A DNA stretch of 54,686 nt, filler included, from Sphacelaria rigidula (Eukaryota), in NCBI GenBank assembly GCA_964200075.2. It is 5 parts of 5 records of this genome, joined end to end, with 100 filler letters (N's around TTAATTAATTAA, not from the genome) between each part and the next. Parts side by side here need not be neighbours in the genome. Positions count along the whole stretch, not along the records: positions 32,875 to 43,730 come from CAXNAA020005783.1; positions 43,831 to 54,686 come from CAXNAA020005784.1; 3 more parts are not named here. One strand, written 5' to 3'. The notes under the pieces are model-generated. The model was not told where the DNA came from. It ran no database searches and saw only the letters and a program-made list of their open reading frames with translations. Position numbers and translations under genes: made by a program. Positions 38,071 to 50,235 of the stretch are shown here, one piece after another (position 1 is the first letter of the stretch; each line of letters opens with the position of its first letter).

Positions 38071-38214
38071 CAGTTGACCACTCAGCAGGAAATCCCGTGC
38101 CGCCGCTTGCCCCTCCCGACTCTCACCCGCTATGCTTCTCACTGACACTGGTCCCTCATTTCCCCTCCGCCGATCGGTAGCAGACGAATCCCATCGTCCA
38201 AGCTCGTGAATCAC
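38071..38214 (-). CDS. Candidate isolated exon, product unknown
   Basis: tttttctgcgcAG acceptor and CTG|GTGAGC donor; 48 open codons VIHELGRWDSSATDRRR...LLSGQL. Confidence 0.3.
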
Positions 38215-39900
38215 CTGCGCAGAAAAAGGGAGGTGATGGGTGTAGGTAGTTGCGCGTGGCGTGCTTTCGGACTACCTGTGTGCGAGAGAGTGTGAGGAGG
38301 TAAGGGGAGTTGGCCTCACGTACAGCCAACAAGAATGTCTCTGCCCGTCTGATCTCTCTGGTCTCTCTCGCTTATAGCCCGACAAATACAGTTCGTTAAA
38401 CCCCGCGACAGGCATGATCAAGAACGATGCCACTTGAGTATCAAGTGTCGTTGGTCTTTTTTTTCTCTGCCCTTCAGCCACACGCATGGTCCAAAAACAA
38501 AAGGGGGGAGGGCTCTCACCGTTTTCGGTAGATCCAGCCGTCCGACTAGCAGCAACAACAACGAGAGGGTACGGGCGCTGTCCGTGGCGCGTGTCTGCTG
38601 GGGCACCTAAGAAAAGACAACGAGAGAAACGAGAGGCAGAGGTTCATCAATGAGAGCAGGAACATACATGCTAAAACGCATGACAAAAAAAGCGATCGCG
38701 CATGAAGTATTAGCCCAATAACAGGCCTTCAAGCAAGATTCAAAGAGGCGAGGAGTACGCAAAAGGGACATCAAGAGTAAGCTACGCTTCGCCACACTTG
38801 GGGTGTTCTATTTTGTCTCGCCTCTCTCTGGGTTGGGAACAGTCGGCCTCAGAGGAAGTTCGGTGGGTAAATCAAACCACCTTTGGAATGGTCATATCTT
38901 AACGGCAAACGGAGAGAACCCCATGTTCTTTGGTTGCAACAGTACTCAGACAATTTGCACAACGATTCGAACTGCTTTCGAGGAACATTCATTCATACAC
39001 ACATGCAAAATCTACAAATGTAACGGTCAAGAGTAGGAAAAGCGCATATGCCTACCAGACCAAGACGTTAATAAGCATTTTGACAGTGATAGCGCGCGTA
39101 CAATCTTCCATCCATAGTCAGCATTGCTGGTACTTGCAAAAACGCGTGTGAACGCTGACACTGGGCAATCTGGGCACGAAGAACACAACTAGTAATGCCG
39201 TTGCTGCAAGTACTAGTACTGCTGATGCTAACGCGAGAGCGGTGGGAGCAGAAAAAACAATCCAAGCTCGAGGCATTTGGTAGAAAGCTTTCCGAGGACA
39301 ACATAAGTCGAGTTGTAATGAAGGTGCGTATCGTGCCACATGCGTGACACGATAAAAAATGAAGCAACGGAATTCGAAGCTCCCCTGCGGTGCTTTTACC
39401 ACAAGAGATGCTTCGGCGAAAAGAAGGACCACCGCCGCGGCACAAGATAGATCCTCGGAGGATCCAAACGCGCAACCTAGCCGCACCAAAAACAGGGCAC
39501 GCGTGAAGAGTACGGGTAGTCGCGCGTGGCGTGCTTCGTCAACACCTGTGCAGGAAGGGTGTGCGTACAAGCAAAGGGAAAGGGCCGGAAACTGGTCTCA
39601 CAGACAAAGAACTACCTACCTCCCAAAGCCAGGAAAATGAAACAGCAATCCAAAAACAACGCACGCACACATTTCGTAAGACACCGCGACATGGCGATCA
39701 CTGACCAAGGCGATGGATTTTCTGTCGGCGAGATTGATCTTTTTCTCCGCTCTCAAACGATACACGGTTGACAAACATTAATGCAAGTGCGTACCGACCT
39801 CAACGGATTCAACCGTTGATCAGCAGCAACTACAATAATACTGCCCGCTCTCCGTGGCGCGTATCCCGTGAGTCACGTGAACACAGAGACCAAAGAGAAA

Positions 39901-39935
39901 GAGGGAGGGAGGGAGGGAGGGAGGGAGGGAGGGAG
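39901..39935. repeat. (GAGG)n microsatellite
   Basis: About 8 units seen directly. Confidence 0.9.
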
Positions 39936-40137
39936 AGCAGTGTTCATACAACAGGTGGTGGCGGGGGTAGCCGTAGCAGTGGTGACGACTCCGACAACAA
40001 TTCAGACCAGAGCACGGTACCGGAAACCACAGGAACCAAGCGATGCGCTCCGGATTTCAAACCTTCCCCACCGTCTTCGGATTATTAGCACGTAACTTTG
40101 GTGTGGCACGAAGCGCACCCCAGCCTCATTCTAAGCC

Positions 40138-42519
40138 ATGGCCTCTTCTCGTGCCAACAAGCGCGTGAAAGTTTCGTCGTCAACTAAATAATCCGTGACG
40201 ACGCTCAACAACACGGCATTCGACGAGAAAGACGTGGCCGAATCGAAAACGCACACGAAAATGAATTTCCGGTGCCCGGTCACAATCGACAATGTCTTCA
40301 GCGCGCCGACGTCCACGCAGGTCAAGGTGTTCTACGAGTCTAGGAGCAGCACAGGAAAACCTTTTGATCACTTGCCCAACGGCGAAGATCTTGCCTGGAC
40401 CGAGTCTTTCCACGACAACAAGACGTTGATGGGATTCATTGTGTACGCCCAGCTTTTTCCCAAGCTGTTGCAGAACAGAATCAAGCTCAATGCCGCAACG
40501 TACCACTGGGCGCATTTGGACAACTCCTCGGAAAAGGGGAGGACCAAACTCGAGCAACGTCGCCGCGCCGTAGACAGGCTCAAGAGAAATGGGTTCACGC
40601 GCTCGATCTTTATGGGACTTCCGTACAGGGTGGACACCTCGGCAAACATACTGACCTTCATGAAGATGGACGTGGAGGAAGAGGACGAGAGGTTCAGGTT
40701 TTTTACCAAGCGCGAGTTTTCCATGATTTTTTCGAAGCGGGGACAAGTCGGCAGTTCGTCTGTGTACGCCTCGTGCTCCATGGCGCTGTCCCTACTCTGG
40801 TTTGCAACGGCGGTTTTGGCCCGGCCGTGCTGCCTCGAGTCTATCATCCTTCCACTCTCCGTGATGGAAAGGCGAACGATGGAGCAGAGATTCAAGTGCC
40901 CGCCGCAATTTTTCGACGGGCCCATCCGAAGCTTTCAAACCAACTGGAAAGACGTGTTCGCCGCCATCGACACGCAGCATCGGAACATCAACTACACGTT
41001 GCTCGAGAAAGCGTGCGAACACAAGTACATAGAGGGTGTGCACATTGCCGATGTCTATGCCGTATTTCGAGCAACCATGACGGCCCCAGATGACATGAAC
41101 AGCATCGCGGCTTTGGTGCGATCCTACAAACAACATTCGAAGCACGGGGTCGAATCCGGGGCTATTGTCGGCGTCATTGATGTCATCAGGGACAAACCGG
41201 TCGACGCCATTGGTAAAATCGACGGCGGGGTTCTAGGCACCATATTTTCTACCTATGGAGAGAGGGCGTGCCTCAAGGTCCACGCGGAGTGCAAAAGGCT
41301 GGAAGGAGGGTCGTCTCTGTTTGACGACAGTGTCAGCAACAAGCTAAATGAGATTTTGGCGCACTTCGATTGCGAGCTGTGGAAGGCACGGAAGAAGGAC
41401 AAGGTGGAGCGTGTCGTTGCCGCTAACATGGACCCCGCCGGCATGAACAAAAAGATTGAGGGAGGGAAGATGCTCGACCCCACCGACCCGAAATCAATTG
41501 AGCTCATGCACACAATGCTAAAGTCCATCTCGGGGCAGGTTTGGAAACCCCTCAAGAAATTGATTGGGAAAGTGCTGGGGGCAAGCCTCGAGTACCCGGC
41601 CGCCTTCCTGAGCATTACACGGGAAGAGGGAGAACAGCTGTACAAGCACATGATAACTGCGGGCGTTACTTACACCGATATCGCCAACCTCTGCACGCTT
41701 CTTCTCCTGAGCTTCTCTTTCCAGCGCTCCCAGGTGCTGCGAGAATCAACTATCGACGAGTTTGTACTCGCGCCAGACGCGACGCACTACAAGTTTTCCT
41801 TCAAGGGTAGGAAGTTCAAAACTGCATCTTCGGGAGGGGCCTCGTCCGCACCGCCTGTGTCACACTTTATGCTATCGCCAGATCAGTCCATGATCACAAG
41901 GTTCATAGCTACTGTGGGGCACATGTATTGCGGTATACAGTGCTTGGACAATGAAGCAAGGAGGCTGTTTGTTCATTCAGAGGGTCAAAGCTGGACTCAG
42001 AAAGACATATCGTCGGGCTTCAAGAGGATTGGTATGCATTGGTTGGGCATCTCCAATTTTGGACCCCATGTCTGTCGAACCTTTTGGTCCACGCATGCCC
42101 TTAACTCTGGACAAATCAGTGGCTCTAATTTGGAGGACTTCAGTAGCTTTCTACGAGTTTCGAGCACCACTCTGAGAAACAGCTGCATGTCGGCAGCAGC
42201 GAATACCGCCGCGCACACCGTGGGTAACGAAATGTTGGGGGCGGTAGTGAACTCCGCTTGCACGGGAGAAACGACAGAGAAGGGCGCTCGGCCGTAAGGG
42301 AAGAAACTGAGCGCTAGGAGGCTTGGATTTGCGGGAAACATTCGAGCCTCTCTGGCAAAGCACAGCGGTAGCGGTGGACTCCTGTTCCGTGCTTTTTTGC
42401 AGAAGAGGAATGCTTCTCAGCTTGTAGAGGGAGAAACATGGTTTCGTTGGGAGAACGCGTTTTTCAGTCAGAGCGATGAAAGACTGTTTCAACGGTTTGT
42501 GGACAAGGTGAACGCTTAA
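40138..42519 (+). pseudogene. Tyrosine recombinase/integrase with a ~500-aa N-terminal extension, inactivated
   Basis: Single intronless frame from ATG 40138 to TAA 42519 with premature TAA at 40189-40191 and 42295-42297. Motifs FQRSQVLRE (Arg, 41725), FKT (Lys, 41818), GPHVCR (HxxR, 42067-42078) and FLRVSSTTLRNSC, where the expected catalytic Tyr reads TGC/Cys (42184-42186). Confidence 0.82.
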
Positions 42520-43730
42520 ATATATTTATGGAACTTGTCAGTGTAGAAAAGCCCCGCCATTTGGGGCGAGTGTCAAAAAACATTATGTCACAGCAACACT
42601 TGGATGGGTGGCAGGGAGGAGTCACTACTGCTGGTTCGACCGTGCTCAAGGCAGAAATGGGGGTTGTGCAGCTGCTGATACACAACTGTTCCTCACACAT
42701 CGATTTTCAGTCATTTTTCTATCCGACAGGAGGATCTCAAAAGCTTCACAAACGTAAAGCACGCGAAGAGCACTTGTGCCGTTCGCGCATGAGAACATGT
42801 AACCCTTCTTTCCTGATGCTGCCACCGCTGCCGACGCAGACAAAATAATACGATCACGCACGCACACACCTCAATTCTGCACGCAGCTCACCTCTCATAT
42901 TGGTTTCCAGGTTACATAAAGGCCTGAGTCATAGCCACAGCAAAAGGACCATCCCCATCAACCGACCCTGCACTCCATCCCTCCAGCACGTTCGAGATGG
43001 CACGCCCGTTGGCTCCCTCAGCGGCCCGGTAGGCGTATGCGCGTAGTGTTGGCAAAGCGACACCCACCGTGCTACATCGATCGTTCGCAGGCTGCCACGT
43101 ATGAAGAGGACGGCCAGTCGGCCGAAGGTCCTTTTGGCGGCTTTGTCCAGCTGCGTGGTGTAGAATTGAAGAAGAGCGAAAGTGCACGTTGTATTGAAAA
43201 ATAATACTAAATGAAAACACCACTTCTCTCCACCCCTTCGCGTCTCACCGACAGGTACAACAGCAAGCAAGACGGCGCGTTCCTCGGGTACGACAAGGAG
43301 AACAAAAGGGGGAAATCTGAAAGAAAACATCAAAGCGCAGGAAATACTCAGGAGAACCACGGGATCGTGATCGGTCGGCAAGTCGGGATGGTGACCGGTA
43401 CTCATAAATTGAACCAGGTGAAGGCGGGTAGATAGGATGTCGGCCATCGGCTCGGCCATGTTGTTTCACATTCTTTTGAAAGAGAGATCAAGTAGAGCTG
43501 GCATCTCAAAACCTGACCATCAGATTTCAAAATCTGGCTTTCGCAAAACTAAATTGAGTTTTCCAAAATCTGTGAAACTGGTTTCTTGGTACTGAGTGAT
43601 GCTATGGTAGGGGTACACAAATATTTTCTGAGATTAGAATTGTTAGGAGCCCTTTATCTCACCTGAAACACGACTTATGAAAATATGCGAGAGTACACCA
43701 GGATTACTATCACAACGTGCTGGGGATATC

Positions 43731-43830
43731 NNNNNNNNNNNNNNNNNNNNNNNNNNNNNNNNNNNNNNNNNNNNTTAATTAATTAANNNNNNNNNNNNNN
43801 NNNNNNNNNNNNNNNNNNNNNNNNNNNNNN
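43731..43830. other. Artificial contig linker
   Basis: N44-TTAATTAATTAA-N44. Confidence 0.99.
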
Positions 43831-44849
43831 ATGAACGGTCGCAGGGGTAACAGCTACCGCGCCAAAAGGTGATCGTGCTTCGGGTGCGGGAGGTATTACG
43901 CTACATGACTGCCGATCCCGCGAGGAGAAGGGATCCAACTAGCCATGATTAATACCACTTGGAGATGAAACTAGGTGATCAGCTCCGGAATTTAAACACT
44001 GGGGTTGGTCATTGCGCAATTGGGAGTCATGCAAAGATGAACGGGATTCTGCTGCCGTGGAATCTACCATGACAGTCTGATCGAACCCAGTGTACCCGCA
44101 CCACGAACCTGAACCTGTGCCGGCCGATATTGATTCAGTTCTGTGATGTGTCTACTGGCCGAGCGAAAGGCAAGGGGGGGGCACTTCCGCGGCGTGTTGA
44201 CGTCAATCGTTGGTTCCCTAATGTGGGCCTGTGGCAGACAATGGGGAATGAACGCGAAGTGTAATCAGAACGTTCAGAGGGCGACAGCTCACTTACGGGA
44301 GCAGTCGCACTTTCGGGGTTGTCCCACTTTATGCTATTCGGAAACCCGGAGTTTTGTACATTTCCAAAACATCGTCAGATGGTGCGTTTAACATCAGTGG
44401 AGGAGCGGGAATCAATTAGGCGGGGCTTAGCCGTCGTGCAAGGTCCTATCGCGAGGGGATGTTCGCCGTCTCATGATGGCTCCTTTGCATGCGGATAAAG
44501 GGCGCCAGAATGGTATATGGGCAGGCGTGGACAGAAAGCATCAGCGTCCGAGCCTGAAAATACGACTGATTGTACTGTGGTTGAGATTGTTGTGATCACT
44601 ACCGTAGTTACAATATCAAATAGGGGGTGGTCGTTTGAACCGCGCGAATCGCGATGTTGAGGGCGACGGTTTGAACACATACGCACTTGCCAGGTATGCC
44701 AGCATTGTGAGGATTTGGTTCAAAGATAATAATTTGAGCACACCGGACGCGTTTGTGGAAGGGTTATCACAGGTGCGCATCAAATATGTGGGTACGCAAT
44801 CGGTCGCGGTATACCCAGTATGTTCGTGAAACCAAACGCCACAACATTG

Positions 44850-46495
44850 CACACCCTGGACAATACAATATGTTTCCAATATATATAAGTCGATCATATT
44901 GGAATTTTGCGATTTATTGCTGGTGTAATATATATTAGTACCCTTAGACTGCACATGTATTGCGCGCCCAATATATATTGATGTCGTGGGACTGCATACA
45001 TATTGCCCGCCAAATATATATTGGTACTATTGGGTTGAACACATGTTGTCCCATCAGTATATATTGGGGCAGCGTGGGCGACAACACATTGCACGACCAA
45101 TATATATTAGGGTCGCATTGATGAGAACATGTTGACCGATCAATATATATTGGGTCTGCGTGGGTGACAATGTATTGGCCGGTCAATATATATTAGATAT
45201 TAGAAGTATCGTGTACGCCCTAGGAGAGATCCAGACGCGATGGATGCCGGAACCCGTGCAGATGGAGAAAAGCTTTAAAGGGAGCCGCAGAAGTTCGCCT
45301 GCATTTCTGCGGAAAGTTGTCGAATGCGTTCGATATATATATATATATATATGTATACTGGTTAGAAAATATGGTGACAGAAGAGGCGACCTGGTATATA
45401 TGCCTCCTGATACCTATCTGGTCACCGGTGCGGGGCCGCCCATCCCCTTTCCAGCATGTAATGCAAATATCTTGGCTAAACATCACGACGACAGAAAACG
45501 CGGGTCGATATGCGCCTTTTGGTACCCCTGTGGTCACCAGGGCTGTGTTGCTTATACCCTGGACAATCTAATACGTTCCAATATGATACCAATACTTTGT
45601 ATTGGGGCCAGCGCAAATATCCTTTAAATACATATTGTGTTGAGATGTCCTCGGAGGTATTGAAGCAACAACATATATTGCTCGTGTCATGATCATGAAG
45701 TAATATATGTCAACATGTATTGGACGTGCAGTTACTCCGAGAATAAAACATTCAATATATATTGTGCATGCCGGCCGTGTGTGTACTGAAGTGTCTATGT
45801 ATATTGAGTCGAGGCGATGCGTAGCATATTGTTAGCATAGCATATATTGAACGCAAACCATGCAGAATTATTTGTTTTTCCAATATATATTGCGCACGCT
45901 GATCTGATAGCTATTGTGCAGCTACTATATTTTGAACACGCTTGCGGAGGAATACATTGAGCATTTTCGGCTTGTAAAATACGTCTGTGAATGGCGCCCG
46001 CGAACAAAGAACTGCCCACAATACTAATTCCAATACACTTTCCAATCTATATGTTGAAGATCAATGTATTTTGCTACATCAACATGTATTGTGACCATCG
46101 GTTCCCTCGTGTATTGTCCACCCAACATATATTGGACGCAATGACGCACGACATATTGGGGCGGCAATATATATTGGCGCTTCGGGTGTCGAGTATATTG
46201 AATCGTGAATATATTTTGACCTCGGGTGGCAGCAAATATATTATTCGATAAATATATATTGGTGCCTTCTCGCACCAACATATTACTCGGCCAATATATA
46301 TTGAGGTGGCGCGTGTCGTGATATATTGTTCCGTCGATATATATTGCATGTTGCGAGCCTTGATAAATTGACGGCACAGTATATATTGACCCTCTCTCGC
46401 GCCATCATATTGCTCGCCCAATATATATTGACCACCCGACGCCTCCATATATTGAGCGGGCGATATATATTACATATTGTATTATCTAGGGTGTG
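44850..46495. mobile_element. 1646-bp non-autonomous TIR element, family D
   Basis: 24-bp TIR CACACCCT(G/A)GA(C/T)AATACAATATGT; TSD CAACATTG / TAACATTG (7/8); dozens of CAATATAT/ATATATTG motifs. Confidence 0.9.
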
Positions 46496-47609
46496 TAACA
46501 TTGACATGTATCCTCACAGGGGCGGATCGAGTCAGTCCAAATAGTGGGGTCAACGTCACGGTTCCATATCGGTGTTTCCGAAAGTGTCCGTCGACGTGCT
46601 GATTTGGTTTGCTTATCGCCAATGTTTTGGCGCGAAAAGCAAAGGAGAGAATCGACTGGAAAATCCCGACACTCTGATTTCCAGTTCAACTGACGGTATC
46701 GGTCGGCAGAATCGTGAGATCCGCTGCAATTAGCTGCGGTGGAAGCGGGGTGGCATGCAGCACGAGCGGGCAAGCGAAATACACTTGCAACCCAAAACAG
46801 TGCTATATTTATAGTGCAGTACAGACCACGTAGCACAGACAGGATGACCCAGTACAGTGCGGTATCGTGTCGACACACGATATGATACCGGACAGGAAAG
46901 TCACGTGTACTGTGGGATACAATTTATAGGGGCTATAGAGCACAGTTAGTTTAAAGCACGGCCCAGTACGACGCTGCGCAGTACAATCGAGTAGATATAC
47001 ACCGTACATGGCCGCTGTTGTAGGCGAACAGTGCCGTAATTTTCAGTGCCTACAATACGGCACAGATTTTCGACAACGCAGGATAGTCCAGACTGCGTGC
47101 TTGAAGATGCAGCATGTAGTACACTGTTTTACGAACGATAGTTGTCCCGCTTGTGAAGCAACAATCGCAAGCAGTGCAGTGTACAGGAAAAACTGTGAAA
47201 AAAATCGAAACGTAAAACAAAAAAAAAAACGACCTTTGAAAGTTGCGTAATGGCCCATAGCACATTTGTGCAAAATCCCAGGGTTGAACTCCTTGAAACG
47301 GCGTGAAGTTTTGCCGATGATTGTTTTTGGGGTATTTTCCGTGAATCATCTTGTATCTCGACATGTTCCCACTAATTGGAAACGCCCGTCCCTTAAGGTC
47401 AACTGATGTTCTGGGGACTGCGACTTCAGCAGCACTACCCAATGATTTGATGCCGTTGTTGTCGATGGTACTGTCGTGCTGACTAGGCTCGACATCGTGA
47501 AGATGTGCGGCGTAGAAACGGCGAATTCATTTCTTAACCTTCCCCTGCGGGTCCTAACCGGGGCATTTCATGGCACATGTTTATTGTACATTTTACGGTA
47601 CATCCGCAG

Positions 47610-47879
47610 GTGCTTGAGTCACAAAGAACCTCCTACGCAAGCGATGTCTACAGCTTTGGGATCGTGGTTTGGGAGGTGTTCTCCAGGGAATTGCCTTGGG
47701 CGAACAAGACGCGTGCTCGCGATATACTGACCGCCGTACTGAGGGGTATTCGACCTTCGTTCCATGCGGACGCTCCTACGGACATCGTGGACATGGCCAG
47801 GAGCTGCTGGGGTGACGAGCCCGAGGAACGTACTACATTCAGAGCCATCTTGGAGGGCATCAAGGCAAGGGATGGGTGA
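47610..47879 (+). CDS. Terminal exon of a tyrosine-kinase-like (TKL) protein kinase, subdomains IX-XI
   Basis: ccgcAG acceptor; VLESQRTSYASDVYSFGIVVWEVFSRELPW...CWGDEPEERTTF then stop; DVYSFG and CW..P..R motifs; upstream exons not found in this contig. Confidence 0.88.
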   Translation: MLESQRTSYASDVYSFGIVVWEVFSRELPWANKTRARDILTAVLRGIRPSFHADAPTDIVDMARSCWGDEPEERTTFRAILEGIKARDG

Positions 47880-49224
47880 CGGATGATGCTCAACACCGGG
47901 CCCGTTCGCTGAGAGCCGTGCCGTGCGGAGTGTCGATGAAGGGTATTAGACCGAGCTGAGCCGATGTTTTATGCACACAGCAGCCGAACGGGTTACCTCC
48001 TGCATTTTGTTGATTATATGCGAGTGAAGTTCTGACTCGTTTTTCAAGGTGAAGTGTAGGCCTTGATATGGCACCAGAAAAGCACTGTGCCTGTAGAGAG
48101 GGCGTCAAAGATGTAGTATTTTGTGGGTGACCCCGGGTACCTGCTTCACCAACAACGCGTCAGCCCCGCGAAGTGCTGAGGTCTCATGGGGTGTGCTTGC
48201 ATGTCGTGCCTTCAAGACCCCTACTGCTTTTTCCGGCGATGTAACGAAAAGTCGTCCTTTGTCTGTCTGTTATTTCTTCCGTGTTTATGATGTTTGTCTC
48301 CAAATTTTCGATAGTGTCAGCCAGTATGAGTTATCCTTGTATTCTTCATAGCATGTTTCCCCCCGCGAAGTCAAGGCCGCCGGACAAATTATTTTCGGAC
48401 GCTTGATGACATTCTTCGATGGAGGCCAATATAGCTCGACCGCCGACCGCCTCCGAAGTCATGAAGAAGCGCTGTTTTATTATATCTAAGCACACGGTTC
48501 TCTTCGCCCCTTCGAGGCTCTCTACTTGTGTTTATACCCCCCACTTTTTGGACTTTCCAGTATAGGTTTGCTTGACGTATCCGCTGGGGTCAAAACCGGA
48601 GGTAGAATTATTGCTTTGCATATTTCTTTCATATTGGTGTTGGGTGTGCCTCTGTTACTTCGCTTTCTATTTTCATGGATCGTTGTAGCCAAAATAGTAT
48701 ATTGTCCTGTCACCTCTTTCCCAACTTGTGTTTTCATAGGTTCGTTTTCGATCAGATGTCCTTGTCCCCTCTCCGTGATGCACTTAAACGTTTTTCGTTC
48801 CTTCAGTGTGTGAGCGTGCATGCTTTTCGTGTGATTCTTCCCAATCTGTTCTGGGGCACCAAGTGGTATATGTTTCGGCCTTAACGAGAGCACCACCAGC
48901 CTCTGGTTCTGACTCAGTACGTTGATATGCTTCGCTGGGTGATGAAGATGTCTTCTTGCTGTATCGAATCTCGAAAACCACGATGATCGGAAAGCGCGGT
49001 TTCCGATCTAGGGCAGAGGTACCGACAATGATACGTATATATTTTTAGTCTGTGCTTTGAAGATTTCTTGTTCACCAAACAGTGCATCAATAACCATCCC
49101 ACCGATTGCCACTTGGATAAATTCCACATACTAACGACTTCTCCAACTTCTACACGGATCTTTGACCCTCACATCTATTCATATCATCCATTCACACGCG
49201 GCGATTTGGTCCCCCCCTCCGTCT

Positions 49225-49875
49225 CTCCAGAGGGTGTCCACGGAGTCACTCTAGGAAGATGCCACGGATACGGCCGCCCTCCAGTTGGGTACGTTTTGAT
49301 GTCCTAAAGAGGGAAGGTATCACGTCCTGTCCCCTCCAGGAGCATCCATGGAGTCACTCTGGAGAGATGTCACGGATACGGCCGTCCTCTAGTTGGGTAC
49401 ATTTTGCTGTCCTCAAGGGGGAGAGCATCACCTCCTGTTCCCTCCGGAGGGCATCCACGGAGTCACTCTGGAGGGATTCATGGAAAAGGTCGTCTTTCAG
49501 CTGAGTACATTTCGGATCCGACGAAGAGAGGACATCGCCTCCTGACCTCTCGAGAGGGACAGAGCATGCATACCTCTAAGGGAGAAGGGGGTGGACAAGA
49601 CTCTAGAAGCGAAAAGGAAGCCAACCGTGCAGAGGGATCTCGACCCCCTGCATGCCTCCTGACGGCATCCACGGAGCCACTCTAGAGGAATGCCATGGAA
49701 AAGGTCGCCCTCTAGCTGAGTACGTTTTGGATCTCATGGAGGGAGGATATCACCTCCTGCCCGCTCCTGAGGGACCGAACAAGCATTCCTCTAGAGGAGA
49801 AGGGCGTGGACAAGACTCTAGAGGTGGACGACGAGTCAAGGCTCTGGCAGGATATCGACCTCCTACATCCCGTAG
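49225..49875 (+). repeat. Diverged ~108-bp tandem repeat, about 6 units
   Basis: tcca(c/t)ggag(t/c)cactct at 49237, 49345, 49454, 49668; the last four units alternate A-B-A-B. Confidence 0.8.
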
Positions 49876-49936
49876 GAAGGAGAGGGCACCAGCGAACCTT
49901 CTACAGGGATCGAGGGTGCCCCACAGAGGCCAATAG

Positions 49937-50235
49937 CAACAATGATTTCGTGAAATTTAGAGTCCAGGGTACGATGAAGAGTCAGGAGTGATCAGCTGAT
50001 GAATGCAATGTCCAAGTTTCGAAATGCACCTCCACGAGACCCGATCCACTTTCTGCAGTAGCCTACCACTGAGGCCTTTGATATTCCTGAAAAGGATATC
50101 GACGTGTAGCTGTAAGCACACGGCAGTTACAGGCAAAACAAAGCACACACAAAATGGAAACCTGGCGAAGTTAGAGCGTTAACAGAACTCGCTCTCAATC
50201 AACGCTGAACTCTCAATTTCACGAACACATCGTTG
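49937..50235. mobile_element. 299-bp MITE, family F
   Basis: Imperfect TIR CAACAATGATTTCGTGAAATTTAGAGT vs CAACGATGTGTTCGTGAAATTGAGAGT; possible 2-bp TSD AG; same terminus at 54635. Confidence 0.7.

Noticed and set aside
1588-42519. Functional link between the antiviral-type helicase and the virus-like cluster
   Set aside because: They are on different contigs joined artificially
42912-43459. Minus-strand ORFs convergent on the recombinase
   Set aside because: Possibly exons of another cargo gene, but there is no recognisable product or coherent model
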